DNA from: an uncultured Rikenellaceae bacterium
GTDB lineage: Bacteria; Bacteroidota; Bacteroidia; Bacteroidales; VadinHA17
Assembly: GCA_964389685.1 (NCBI GenBank)
Contig: CAYMFM010000001.1
Coordinates: 71,089 to 135,088, forward strand
Length of the DNA stretch: 64,000 nt
Reading direction: 5' to 3'
Part shown: piece by piece, positions 30,396 through 40,300 of the stretch
Position numbering within the stretch: the stretch's first letter is position 1
Layout: every line of letters begins with the position of its first letter
Notes under the pieces: model-generated
What the model was told of the DNA's origin: nothing
Database searches by the model: none
What the model saw: only the letters and a program-made list of their open reading frames with translations
Position numbers and translations under genes: made by a program

Positions 30396-32102
30396 TTATT
30401 CATCCTCTTCAAGGGTGGAGGTATCGCCAATCTCTTCCCCCCACTCTTTTGCATGAAGGATACGCCTCATAATTTTCCCGCTCCTTGTTTTCGGTAGTGT
30501 GTCCATGTATTCAATCTCCTGGGGCATGGCAAGGGGAGATAATTTCTTCCGGATGAAATTCATGATCTTCAGTTCAAGTTCATTGTTTGGTTCAAATCCG
30601 GGTTTCAGCGTAACGAATGCTTTAACGACCTCCATATTTACATCATCCGGTTTTGCCACTACAGCCGACTCGCTGACTGCTTCATGTTCCAGCAGAGCCG
30701 ATTCCACTTCGAATGGACTTACCAGGTGTCCGCCGGTATTGATAACATCATCGTCCCTGCCGATGAACCAGAAATAACCATCGCTGTCGAGGCTTGCCCT
30801 ATCGCCGGGCAAATACCACCCCTTTTTGAATTTCTTCCTGAACATCTCATCGTTGTTCCAATAGGTTCTCATCATGGCAGGCCATCCCGGTTTGAAAGCA
30901 ATTAATCCCACTTTCCCGGGTTCGGTAAAGGGTTCAAATGTTTTCGGATCCACAACCGTACCGGTAATTCCAGGGAATACCTTACCCATGGATCCCGGTT
31001 TTACTTTCATTCCCGGGAAATTGGTGATCATAATCGATCCGGTCTCGGTCTGCCAGTAAGAATCCAGAAATGGTTTGTTAAACACCTTTTCCGACCACAG
31101 AACAGCTTCTGCATTGAGGGGTTCTCCAACGCTGGCAAGATGACGAAGAGTACTCAGATCGAACCGTTTAACCAGTTCATTTCCTGCTTTCATCAACGAG
31201 CGGATTGCTGTGGGTGCGGAGTACCAAACCGATATGTTGTATTTTTCAATGAATCGATACCAGGCTTCAGCAGAAAACCCGGTATTGAGCACAGCCTGTG
31301 TGATCCCCATGCTCCATGGACCGATGATCCCATACGATGTCCCTGTAACCCATCCCGGATCAGCAGTACACCAATAGATATCATCTTCCTGGAGATCCAG
31401 GACCCATTTGGTTGTAAGGTATTGAGAGATCAGTGAATAATGGACGTGTTTTACTCCCTTGGGCTGCCCGGTTGTCCCTGATGTATAATGCAGTACAGAA
31501 GGGGATTCTGACTTTGTTGGAAAAATCTCAAATTGATCCATCGGTTCAGCATCTTCAAGTGAAAAAGCAACTTCATTTTTCTGAAGTGGTTTCCGGTCAT
31601 CATAGTCAACAATAATGATATGTTCCAGCGATGGCAGAAGATCCACGATTTTTTTAACTTTTGACAGATGCTTACGCTGTGTTATGATAGCCCGTGTCTG
31701 AGCGTTCTCAAGCCTGACATGGAGTGATTCATCACCGAAAGCAGAAAAGAGAGGTTGTACGATGGCTCCAATTTTCAGCACACCAAGAAATGACAGATAA
31801 AGTTCAGGTATGCGTTCCATAAAGAGGCATACCCGGTCCTCCTCTTTTATTCCCAGATTTCGCAAAAAAGCACCGATGGTATTGCTGGCCACCCGGATAT
31901 CATTGAATGTAAACTGTTTTTCATTCCCGCCAAAACCTTCCCAGAAGAGAGCCACCCTGTCTCTTTTGCCCTGCAGGCATATCCTGTCGGAACAGTACCA
32001 GCCAATGTTAATGATATTTCCATCGGAATAGTCTAATTCCTTCTCTGCAATGGACCAGTCAAATGCTCTGATCCTCTCATTATAAGCGCCAATATTTGCC
32101 AT
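30396..32102 (-). CDS. AMP-forming adenylating enzyme, acetyl-CoA-synthetase (AcsA)-like
   Basis: 568 aa. HYTSGTTGQPKG, YWQTETG (Acs WWQTETG-like), GDRASLDSDGYFWFIGRDDDVINTGGHLVSPFEVE, and C-terminal PKTRSGKIMRR. Confidence 0.8.
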   Translation of the reverse strand: MANIGAYNERIRAFDWSIAEKELDYSDGNIINIGWYCSDRICLQGKRDRVALFWEGFGGNEKQFTFNDIRVASNTIGAFLRNLGIKEEDRVCLFMERIPELYLSFLGVLKIGAIVQPLFSAFGDESLHVRLENAQTRAIITQRKHLSKVKKIVDLLPSLEHIIIVDYDDRKPLQKNEVAFSLEDAEPMDQFEIFPTKSESPSVLHYTSGTTGQPKGVKHVHYSLISQYLTTKWVLDLQEDDIYWCTADPGWVTGTSYGIIGPWSMGITQAVLNTGFSAEAWYRFIEKYNISVWYSAPTAIRSLMKAGNELVKRFDLSTLRHLASVGEPLNAEAVLWSEKVFNKPFLDSYWQTETGSIMITNFPGMKVKPGSMGKVFPGITGTVVDPKTFEPFTEPGKVGLIAFKPGWPAMMRTYWNNDEMFRKKFKKGWYLPGDRASLDSDGYFWFIGRDDDVINTGGHLVSPFEVESALLEHEAVSESAVVAKPDDVNMEVVKAFVTLKPGFEPNNELELKIMNFIRKKLSPLAMPQEIEYMDTLPKTRSGKIMRRILHAKEWGEEIGDTSTLEEDE

Positions 32103-32219
32103 AAAGCTTCAAGAAAATGGTGATTTTGAAAGGAACACAAGGTAGCACTAATTTGGTAAAAGTCGGGTATCTGACCTCCAGTTTTTCATCTTTTCTACAA
32201 CACATAAGGGTCTGCAACG

Positions 32220-33437
32220 TTACCGGCATTTCCCATTTTTAATCCAATCTTTCCTGATTTTTGCAAAAGTATCTATGGCATACCGGATATGTTCGGTGGT
32301 ATGTGCTGCACTGATCTGGACCCGGATTCTGGACTTCCCCTTGGGAACAACCGGATAGTAAAAACCGATAACATAGATACCATTGTCCAGCAGTTCGGAT
32401 GCAAGTTCCTGTGATAATTGGGCATCGTTGGGAAGGTGTCCCAGCATGATGGGAACAATGGGATGGGTTCCGGGTACAATGGTATAGCCGGCATCGGTCA
32501 CTCCTTTTCTGAATAACATGGTATTCTCCATGAGCTTGTCCCTCAGGTCGTTGGTGGCAGAGAGCATGTTCAGTACTTCAAGGGTTGCTCCCACAATGGG
32601 AGGGGCAAGGGAATTGGAAAAAAGGTATGGTCTGGAGCGCTGCCGCAGCATATCGATGATCTCCTTCCTGCCGGATACACAACCACCGGAGGCTCCTCCA
32701 AGCGCTTTACCGAAGGTGGTCGTGATCAGGTCAATCCGTCCAAGGGCATTACAATATTCAGCACTTCCTCGTCCGTTCTTGCCAATAAAACCGGTAGCAT
32801 GAGAATCATCAACACATACCAGGGCGTTATATTTCTCAGCCAGATCACAGATCTTATCGACCCGGGCAATGATCCCGTCCATCGAGAAGACACCATCGGT
32901 TACGATTAATTTGAATCTTGCCTGTTCACATTCGGGCTGTTTTAACTGTTCTTCCAAATCAGCCATATCGTTGTTTATGTAACGAAACCGATTGGCTTTG
33001 CAGAGGCGTACACCATCGATGATGGAAGCATGATTCAATTCATCCGAAATGATGGCAGATTCGGATCCGAGCAACGGTTCAAACACTCCGCCGTTCGCAT
33101 CAAATGCCGAGGAGTAGAGGATCGTGTCTTCAGTAACAAGGAATTCCGACATCTTCTGTTCTAATTCTTTATGAATATCCTGTGTTCCGCAAATGAAGCG
33201 AACAGAAGACATGCCAAATCCATGATTGTCGAGTGTCCTTTTTGCTGCCTCAATGACACGCGGATGAGACGATAACCCGAGGTAATTATTGGCGCAAAAA
33301 TTCAGCACCTTTAATCCCTTTTTCGTTTCAATCTCAATTCCCTGGGGAGTGGTGATGATCCTTTCCTCTTTATAGAGACCTGCTTCTCTTATTGCAAGCA
33401 GCTCCTTTTTTAAATGATCTTTAAATTTACTATACAT
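32220..33437 (-). CDS. kbl: glycine C-acetyltransferase (2-amino-3-ketobutyrate CoA ligase)
   Basis: By eye it aligns along its full length with E. coli Kbl: [93 protein letters not shown]. It lies immediately downstream of tdh. Confidence 0.88.
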   Translation of the reverse strand: MYSKFKDHLKKELLAIREAGLYKEERIITTPQGIEIETKKGLKVLNFCANNYLGLSSHPRVIEAAKRTLDNHGFGMSSVRFICGTQDIHKELEQKMSEFLVTEDTILYSSAFDANGGVFEPLLGSESAIISDELNHASIIDGVRLCKANRFRYINNDMADLEEQLKQPECEQARFKLIVTDGVFSMDGIIARVDKICDLAEKYNALVCVDDSHATGFIGKNGRGSAEYCNALGRIDLITTTFGKALGGASGGCVSGRKEIIDMLRQRSRPYLFSNSLAPPIVGATLEVLNMLSATNDLRDKLMENTMLFRKGVTDAGYTIVPGTHPIVPIMLGHLPNDAQLSQELASELLDNGIYVIGFYYPVVPKGKSRIRVQISAAHTTEHIRYAIDTFAKIRKDWIKNGKCR

Positions 33438-33515
33438 AGATTTTAATGGTTTTCCGATGGAGCAAGTACAAATAAGATTCTTCTTTTGTCACGTAACCCC
33501 CAGCAGCACATCGCA

Positions 33516-34541
33516 TTACTCCCACCGTAGAATAACCTTACCACTATCTCCACGTTCCATGGCATCAAATCCTTTCTGGAATTCGTTGACATCAAGCCGG
33601 TGAGTAATGACGGGTGAAATATCCAACCCGGAAATAAGCATCTGTTCCATTTTATACCAGGTTTCAAACATTTCCCTGCCATAAATGCCCTTCAGATGCA
33701 ATGCTTTAAAAATGATTTTATCCCACTGGACAGTGGTATGATTTGGTAGAATGCCAAGCAGTGCAATTTTCGATCCGTTGTACATGTTTTCAATCATCTC
33801 TTCAAAAGCACTTGGCGAACCGGACATTTCCAGTCCAACATCAAATCCCACCATTCCCAACGCTGTAATGGTATCCTTAATTTTTTCTCCTTTTGACGGG
33901 TTAACGGTCATGGTAGCACCAAGCTGTTTAGCGATCTCTAACCTGGCATCGCTCAGGTCGCTTACAACGATATACCGTGCACCCGCAAAGCGGCAGATAG
34001 CCACTGCCATGCTGCCAATCAAACCGGCACCGGTGATCAGAACATCTTCCCCGATCACGGGAAAAGAGAGGGCAGTATGGGTTGCGTTTCCGAAAGGATC
34101 CATGATGGAGGCCAGCTCGTCACTGATCCTGTCATCCACTTTAATCACGTTCTCTGAAGGAAGGACCAGGTATTCTGCAAATGCACCGTCGCGGTGGACA
34201 CCGATGCCGATGGAATTCTGGCATACATGTTTTTTCCCTCTACGGCAATTCCTGCAGTGCCCGCAGGCAATATGTCCTTCTCCCGTGACCCGGTCACCGA
34301 TATGAATGTTTTTAACCCCCGATCCGATTTTATATACAGTTCCCATGTATTCATGCCCAATGGTCATGGGTGTTTTTATGGTTCGCCGGGCCCAATCATT
34401 CCAGAGATAAATGTGAAGATCCGTTCCACAGATTGCGGTCTTCCGGATTTTGACCATGACGTCGTTAATCCCTACTTCGGGAATGGGGACATCCTCCATC
34501 CAAATACCCTTTCCGGGTTTGGATTTTACCAGAGCTTTCAT
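33516..34541 (-). CDS. tdh: L-threonine 3-dehydrogenase
   Basis: [45 protein letters not shown] parallels the E. coli Tdh N-terminus. Zn-ADH motifs GHEYMG and [10 protein letters not shown] are present. The ORF track extends to 34631, but the ATG at 34541 matches family starts. Confidence 0.9.
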   Translation of the reverse strand: MKALVKSKPGKGIWMEDVPIPEVGINDVMVKIRKTAICGTDLHIYLWNDWARRTIKTPMTIGHEYMGTVYKIGSGVKNIHIGDRVTGEGHIACGHCRNCRRGKKHVCQNSIGIGVHRDGAFAEYLVLPSENVIKVDDRISDELASIMDPFGNATHTALSFPVIGEDVLITGAGLIGSMAVAICRFAGARYIVVSDLSDARLEIAKQLGATMTVNPSKGEKIKDTITALGMVGFDVGLEMSGSPSAFEEMIENMYNGSKIALLGILPNHTTVQWDKIIFKALHLKGIYGREMFETWYKMEQMLISGLDISPVITHRLDVNEFQKGFDAMERGDSGKVILRWE

Positions 34542-34742
34542 TTTTCCCATAGTACATGCAAGATGTGATGTGTTATTGCTGATCGAATTTCCAGATGATA
34601 ATCTCCCGGGAATCCAACCCGAAATTAACATAATTCTTCTGTAAAAAAAATGAAATTTGATCAGAACCTGTCAGGCAAATCGACCTTCTCAAAAAGGGCC
34701 CAAATGAAACAAAATAGTTGGAGGGGGTTTCATAGATCTGAC

Positions 34743-34750
34743 TATATTTG
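34743..34750 (+). promoter_or_regulatory. putative -7 promoter box (TATATTTG) for gltX
   Basis: Exact TAnnTTTG match, 19 bp upstream of the ATG at 34769. Confidence 0.3.
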
Positions 34751-34768
34751 TATAAATATCCATAAAAG

Positions 34769-36310
34769 ATGAAGGTTTCAAACAGACCCATTCGTGTTCG
34801 ATTTGCACCCAGTCCGACCGGACCACTTCACATGGGTGGAATGAGAACCGCCCTGTTTAATTTTCTCTTTGCAAGAAAACATAACGGGATATTTATCCTG
34901 AGAATTGAAGATACAGATCAGTCCCGGTTGGCAGAAGGTGCTGAACAATATATCGTCGATTCATTGGAGTGGTGTAATCTGCAGGTTGATGAGGGAGTGA
35001 CAGCCGGCGGTGATTTCGGACCCTATCGCCAGTCAGAAAGAAAATTGATCTATAAGGAATATTCCGATAAGCTGGTAGCCGAAGGGAAGGCCTATATAGC
35101 CTTTGACACACCGGAAGAATTGGAATTGGTTCGGCAGGAATATGACAGTCAGCAGAAAACTTTTACCTACGGGGTACATAATCGAAACAGACTCCATAAC
35201 TCACTTACCCTTTCCGGGAAGGAGGTGGAGCATAAGATTCATTCGGGAATCCCATACGCTATCCGATTTAAAATCCCGGAGAATGTTGATTTGAAATTCC
35301 GTGATATTATCCGGGGAGAAATAGTAGTAAACACTTCGACACTGGATGATAAGGTCCTGTTTAAATCGGATGGGATGCCAACCTATCACCTGGCAAATGT
35401 TGTCGATGATCACCTGATGAAAATTTCTCATGTCATACGTGGCGAAGAATGGCTGCCCTCACTGCCTTTGCACATTCTTCTCTATCAGGCGTTCGGTTGG
35501 GAATCCACCATGCCCCGGTTTGCCCACATGCCCCTTACCCTGAAACCGGACGGAAAGGGAAAGCTTAGCAAACGGGATGGAGATCGGTTGGGATTCCCCG
35601 TTTTTCCGTTGGAATGGACCAACCCGGAGACAGGAGAAAAATCTTCAGGGTATCGGGAGTCTGGTTATTTCCCCGAAGCGTTTGTGAATATGCTTGCCTT
35701 CCTGGGATGGAATCCAGGAACTGCAAAGGAGATCTTCTCCATGGAGGAATTGATAGAAGCATTCACACTGGAAAGAGTGGTGAAAGCCGGTTCCCGCTTT
35801 GATCCGGGAAAAGCAAAATGGTTCAACCATCACTATCTTCAGATGAAGAGCAACAGCGAGCTGGCAGAACGGTATCTCGAAATATTGACTGAGAAAGGGA
35901 TCAAAGCAGAGAAGAAATTTGTGCAACAGGTTGTTGAACTGGTTAAAGAGCGAGCCGACTTTATATCCGATTTATGGGACCACTCCTTCTTCTTCTTTCA
36001 GCCGCCTGAAACATATGACCGGAATGTGGTGAACAAACGGTGGAAGAAAGAGACCCCATTGATCATGAAAGAACTCATGACCCTGCTTTCTGATGTGAAC
36101 GATTTTACAGCATCCAATACTGAATCCGTGGTAAAAGAATGGATTGCCAGAAAGGAACTGGGAATGGGTGAGGTGATGAATGTCTTTCGCCTGTTTATTG
36201 TAGGAGTTCTGATGGGTCCACATCTCTTTGATATCATTGAAATCCTCGGAAAAGAAGAAACCCTGAACCGGATCAGAAGGGGATTAAAACAAATTGAGGG
36301 AACAACTTAA
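34769..36310 (+). CDS. gltX: glutamate--tRNA ligase
   Basis: RFAPSPTGPLHMGGMRTALFN (HIGH region), KLSKRDG (KMSKS), and MPTYHLANVVDDHLM. Confidence 0.95.
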   Translation: MKVSNRPIRVRFAPSPTGPLHMGGMRTALFNFLFARKHNGIFILRIEDTDQSRLAEGAEQYIVDSLEWCNLQVDEGVTAGGDFGPYRQSERKLIYKEYSDKLVAEGKAYIAFDTPEELELVRQEYDSQQKTFTYGVHNRNRLHNSLTLSGKEVEHKIHSGIPYAIRFKIPENVDLKFRDIIRGEIVVNTSTLDDKVLFKSDGMPTYHLANVVDDHLMKISHVIRGEEWLPSLPLHILLYQAFGWESTMPRFAHMPLTLKPDGKGKLSKRDGDRLGFPVFPLEWTNPETGEKSSGYRESGYFPEAFVNMLAFLGWNPGTAKEIFSMEELIEAFTLERVVKAGSRFDPGKAKWFNHHYLQMKSNSELAERYLEILTEKGIKAEKKFVQQVVELVKERADFISDLWDHSFFFFQPPETYDRNVVNKRWKKETPLIMKELMTLLSDVNDFTASNTESVVKEWIARKELGMGEVMNVFRLFIVGVLMGPHLFDIIEILGKEETLNRIRRGLKQIEGTT

Positions 36311-36433
36311 GTTGGAATTTTCTAAAACACGACTTAAGTTGGATGATCACCTGAAATAAAACCCTTTATTTGCAGAGAATGCAAAAATTTCATACCATAT
36401 AAAATACCTTAATGTTAGCCAGCGGAGGAAAAT

Positions 36434-37324
36434 TTGAAGATCTCAATTAACCAACTGAACAAAATCTATAAGAACGGGACCCAGGCACTGAAGGATGTGA
36501 ACCTGGAGATCGAAAACGGCATGTTTGGTCTATTAGGTCCTAACGGAGCGGGAAAATCTACGTTGATGCGTATCCTGGTTACGCTGATGAAACCCTCTTC
36601 TGGAACGATCAAGGTAAATGACTGGGATCTTCAGAAAAACAGACGGCATATTCGTTCCTTGCTGGGATATCTCCCCCAGGATTTCCGATTCTTTTCAAAG
36701 CTGAAAACCTGGGAATTCCTCGATTATTCAGCCGGATTGGCTGGATTAAAAAGGGGGAAACTCAGAAACCAGCAGGTTGATGAGATGTTGGATCAGGTCG
36801 GATTATATGAGGTAAGGGACCGCATGGCAAATAAACTGTCGGGTGGCATGAAAAGAAGATTGGGCATCGCACAGGCGCTGATCGGAGATCCCAGGATAAT
36901 CGTGGTGGATGAACCCACAACCGGACTGGATCCGGAGGAACGGATCAAATTCAGAAACCTCCTGTCGGACATGAGCCAGAAGGATATCATCATCGTGCTG
37001 TCAACCCATATTGTGGCTGATATCTCCAGCACCTGTAAAAACATGGCCCTGCTGAATGAAGGAGAAGTGGTTTTTAATGGGCCACCTGAGCAACTGATCG
37101 ATGTGGCAAAAGGCCATGTCTTTCTGATTCAGGCTACAATGGGTGATTTTGAAACCATCAAGGAGCGGTTTCCTGTAATATCCACCATCCCTTCTGAAAC
37201 GGGATGGGAAGTGCAGGTTGTGGCGGACACGATCGATGGTTTTCATGCTGAAAAGATCCATCCGAGCCTGGAACATGCCTACGTTTATTTTATGGAATAT
37301 CAACAGGATCGTACGGTGTATTAA
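36434..37324 (+). CDS. ABC transporter ATP-binding protein (free NBD, paralog of the NBD fused to the RND protein)
   Basis: Walker A GPNGAGKS (36536-36559), Q-loop GYLPQDF, signature LSGGMKRR, Walker B IIVVDEPTTGLD and H-loop LSTH. TTG start. Confidence 0.9.
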   Translation: MKISINQLNKIYKNGTQALKDVNLEIENGMFGLLGPNGAGKSTLMRILVTLMKPSSGTIKVNDWDLQKNRRHIRSLLGYLPQDFRFFSKLKTWEFLDYSAGLAGLKRGKLRNQQVDEMLDQVGLYEVRDRMANKLSGGMKRRLGIAQALIGDPRIIVVDEPTTGLDPEERIKFRNLLSDMSQKDIIIVLSTHIVADISSTCKNMALLNEGEVVFNGPPEQLIDVAKGHVFLIQATMGDFETIKERFPVISTIPSETGWEVQVVADTIDGFHAEKIHPSLEHAYVYFMEYQQDRTVY

Positions 37325-37387
37325 ACGATAATGTCTCTATGCGCATTTTATGATCGGTGCCATGTAATATAAACCAGAGAAAACGGA

Positions 37388-40300
37388 ATGTTATCCATTA
37401 GAAAAATATCCATTATTGCACGCTTTGAGATAAAAACCCTCCTAAGAAGCTGGTTTTTTCGGATTTTCGCGGGACTCTCCCTGGTTATCCTGATCTTTTT
37501 TGATATTGCCGGCATCACGGAAGTTGGTGAGGGAATCTGGTTAATCAGGGGAATTCCAGCCAATATTCCATTGGGTAATCTGTTTATGCTGAATATTGCT
37601 CAGGCAATTATTGCTGCTTTCCTTGCAACCGAGTTCCTGAAACGGGATCATAAACTGGATACCACCGAAGTCGTTTACATGCGATCCCTGAGCAATAGTG
37701 ATTACGTGCTTGGCAAGACCCTTGGAATATTAATTGTGTTTTTCCTGTTAAACTTCCTGGTATTAGCCATTGCAGCGGTCATGAACCTGACAAACCCGAA
37801 TATTGCTTTCGATTTGCAGGCGTACCTTATCTATCCTGTCATCATTTCACTTCCCACGCTGATTTACATTTTGGGGCTCTCCTTCCTGTTGATGATCCTT
37901 ATCAGAAACCAGGCCGTAACCATCGTTGTGTTGCTTGGTTATATTGCATCCCTGCTTTTCTATCTGGGTAAGAAATTCTACTTCCTCTTTGATTACATGG
38001 CATTCTCCTATCCCCTCATGAAATCTGATTTTGTTGGTTTTGGCAATACCCTTGAGATGGTTGCACAACGGGGCATCTATTTTTGCCTGGGATGCAGTTT
38101 CATCTTTTTAACCATCATCCTGTTTAAACGGCTGCCCCAGTCCAGAATCATGACCCGGGTATCATGGGTTGCCATGATCCTCCTTTTTGTGGCTGCCGGT
38201 TTGCTCGTTAAGCTTTACATGGATCCCATTTCTCAAGGCAAAAGATTGAGAGAAAACATGGTAGCCCTGAATAATGAATACGTGGATGATCCAACGGTTA
38301 CAGTAACACATTGTGACCTGAACCTGATACACAAAAAAGAGAAGATTGAGGTAACGGCCAGACTTAAATTTGTGAATAACACAGGAGTGGCTATCCGGGA
38401 GTATCTTTTCACCTTAAACCCGGGGTTGGAGGTCCTGGAAGTTTCTCGTAACGACGATTCATTATCGTTTGAACGGGATCTGCACCTGGTGCGGATTCAA
38501 CCAGAAAGCAACCTCTCACCAGGGGCAGAGGATTCACTGATCCTGCGGTATCAAGGGGTAATTAATAACCACGCATGCTATCTGGATATTGATGAATCCA
38601 TCCGGTCCGGTGAATTACGGCTGGATATGCTAACCGTGCATCGCAGGTATTCGTTCGTAACCCCTGAATACCTTCTTCTGACAGGTGAACTTTTGTGGTA
38701 CCCTGAAGCCGGGGTAAATTATTGCTCCACCATCCCGGGCTATCACAGAACAACCTTTGTGAAGTATACGTTAACGGTATCTTCTGATAAACACCTTGAA
38801 GCATTTTCTCAGGGTCAGATGAACCGTATGAGTGATGGAGTCTTTCATTTTGTCCCGGAAAATCCTTTATCCCGGTTATCTCTGGTGATCGGAAAGTATA
38901 TCCGGCGAACCATATCGTGTGATTCGGTTGAATATAACCTGATGACACTGCAGGGTCATGATTACTTTGAACCCTATATGAATGAGCTTGGTGATACACT
39001 CATTCCGGTGATCCGGGAGCTCAAACAGGATTATGAACGGGAAATAGATTTGCCCTATCTATTCCCAAGATTCTCCCTGGTGGAAGTGCCCATCCAGTTT
39101 ACATCGTATCCCAGGTTTTGGACCATGAGCCAGGAAACGGTTCAGCCGGAAATGGTCTTTCTTCCTGAAATGGGACTACCCATATGGCAGGCAGATTTTA
39201 AAGCAGGATTAGACCGGCAGAAAAGAAATGCCGAGAGAAATAACCAGGTTATATCTGATAAAGAGCTCCAGGCAAAGCTGCTGGGTCAGTTCATTCGTGC
39301 CATTATCACAACAGGGAACCAGGAAACATGGTTCTATGGGGGAAACATCGGATATGGAAGAAGCGCCTATTCCATATACCCCAATTATTGTAATTATGTG
39401 TACTATATTAAATCAGAGAGCTGCCCCATTGTCAATATGGCACTGGAATCTTACCTTGATAAAGGGGCTGCAGAATCTAATGATTTCTGGAGCAGAAACT
39501 GGCGTGGATTAAGTGATGAAGAGACAGCCAACCTTGCCCTGCAGGAAAATAGCTTCGACCAGATCCTTCTTGATCCGGAAGAAAACGAGGTGATTTACCA
39601 TGTAATCCGGCTCAAAGGATTTTACCTCTTTACCCTGCTGGAAAGTAAAATTGGAGCGGAACAATTTAAAAAATCATTGTTGTCTCTGCTTGGAGAGCAC
39701 TCATTTGAATCCCTGGAACTGGAGAAACTTGGCCAGGCCTTCCAGAAGGAGTATTCACTGGATGTCCAAACCCAGGTAGATGACTGGTTCAAAAGCGATC
39801 AATTACCCGGATTCCTGATTGGTGGTTTGGAAAGCTACGAATTCATTGACGGTGACCGAACCCGCTACCAGGTCCGGTTTAAGGCATCCAATCCGGAACC
39901 GGTTGAGGGATTGTTCATGTTGAGCTTCAGGACAGGAGATAGTGAAGGTGACCCTAAGTATTACAGCGGGAGCGGGTATTACAGCGGGCCACAGGGAAGC
40001 GATGAAACTGCAAGCAAGATAATTTATCTTGAACCGGGACAAACCAAGGAGATCGGAGCAGTCCTGGATGCCCAACCCCGATCATTGACCATCAATTCTG
40101 TGATTTCACAGAATATTCCATCCATCATTGATTTTAACTTTGGTGAAAATGAAGTAAATCGCAGGGCATCAGCATTTGATGGAGAACGAGTACTCCGGTC
40201 AGATTTCTCTTTTGAGAATCCGGATGAAATTATTGTTGACAATGAAGACCCTACCTTTGAACTGGTTGAAGCCTATACGGACAGTTATTTGAGGAAACTG

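Noticed and set aside
33443-33682. The 79-aa ORF overlapping the tdh 3' end, and the N-terminal extension of tdh to 34631.
   Set aside because: The overlapping ORF is out of frame inside tdh. The 30-codon extension ([15 protein letters not shown]...) has no counterpart in Tdh proteins, which begin MKAL...
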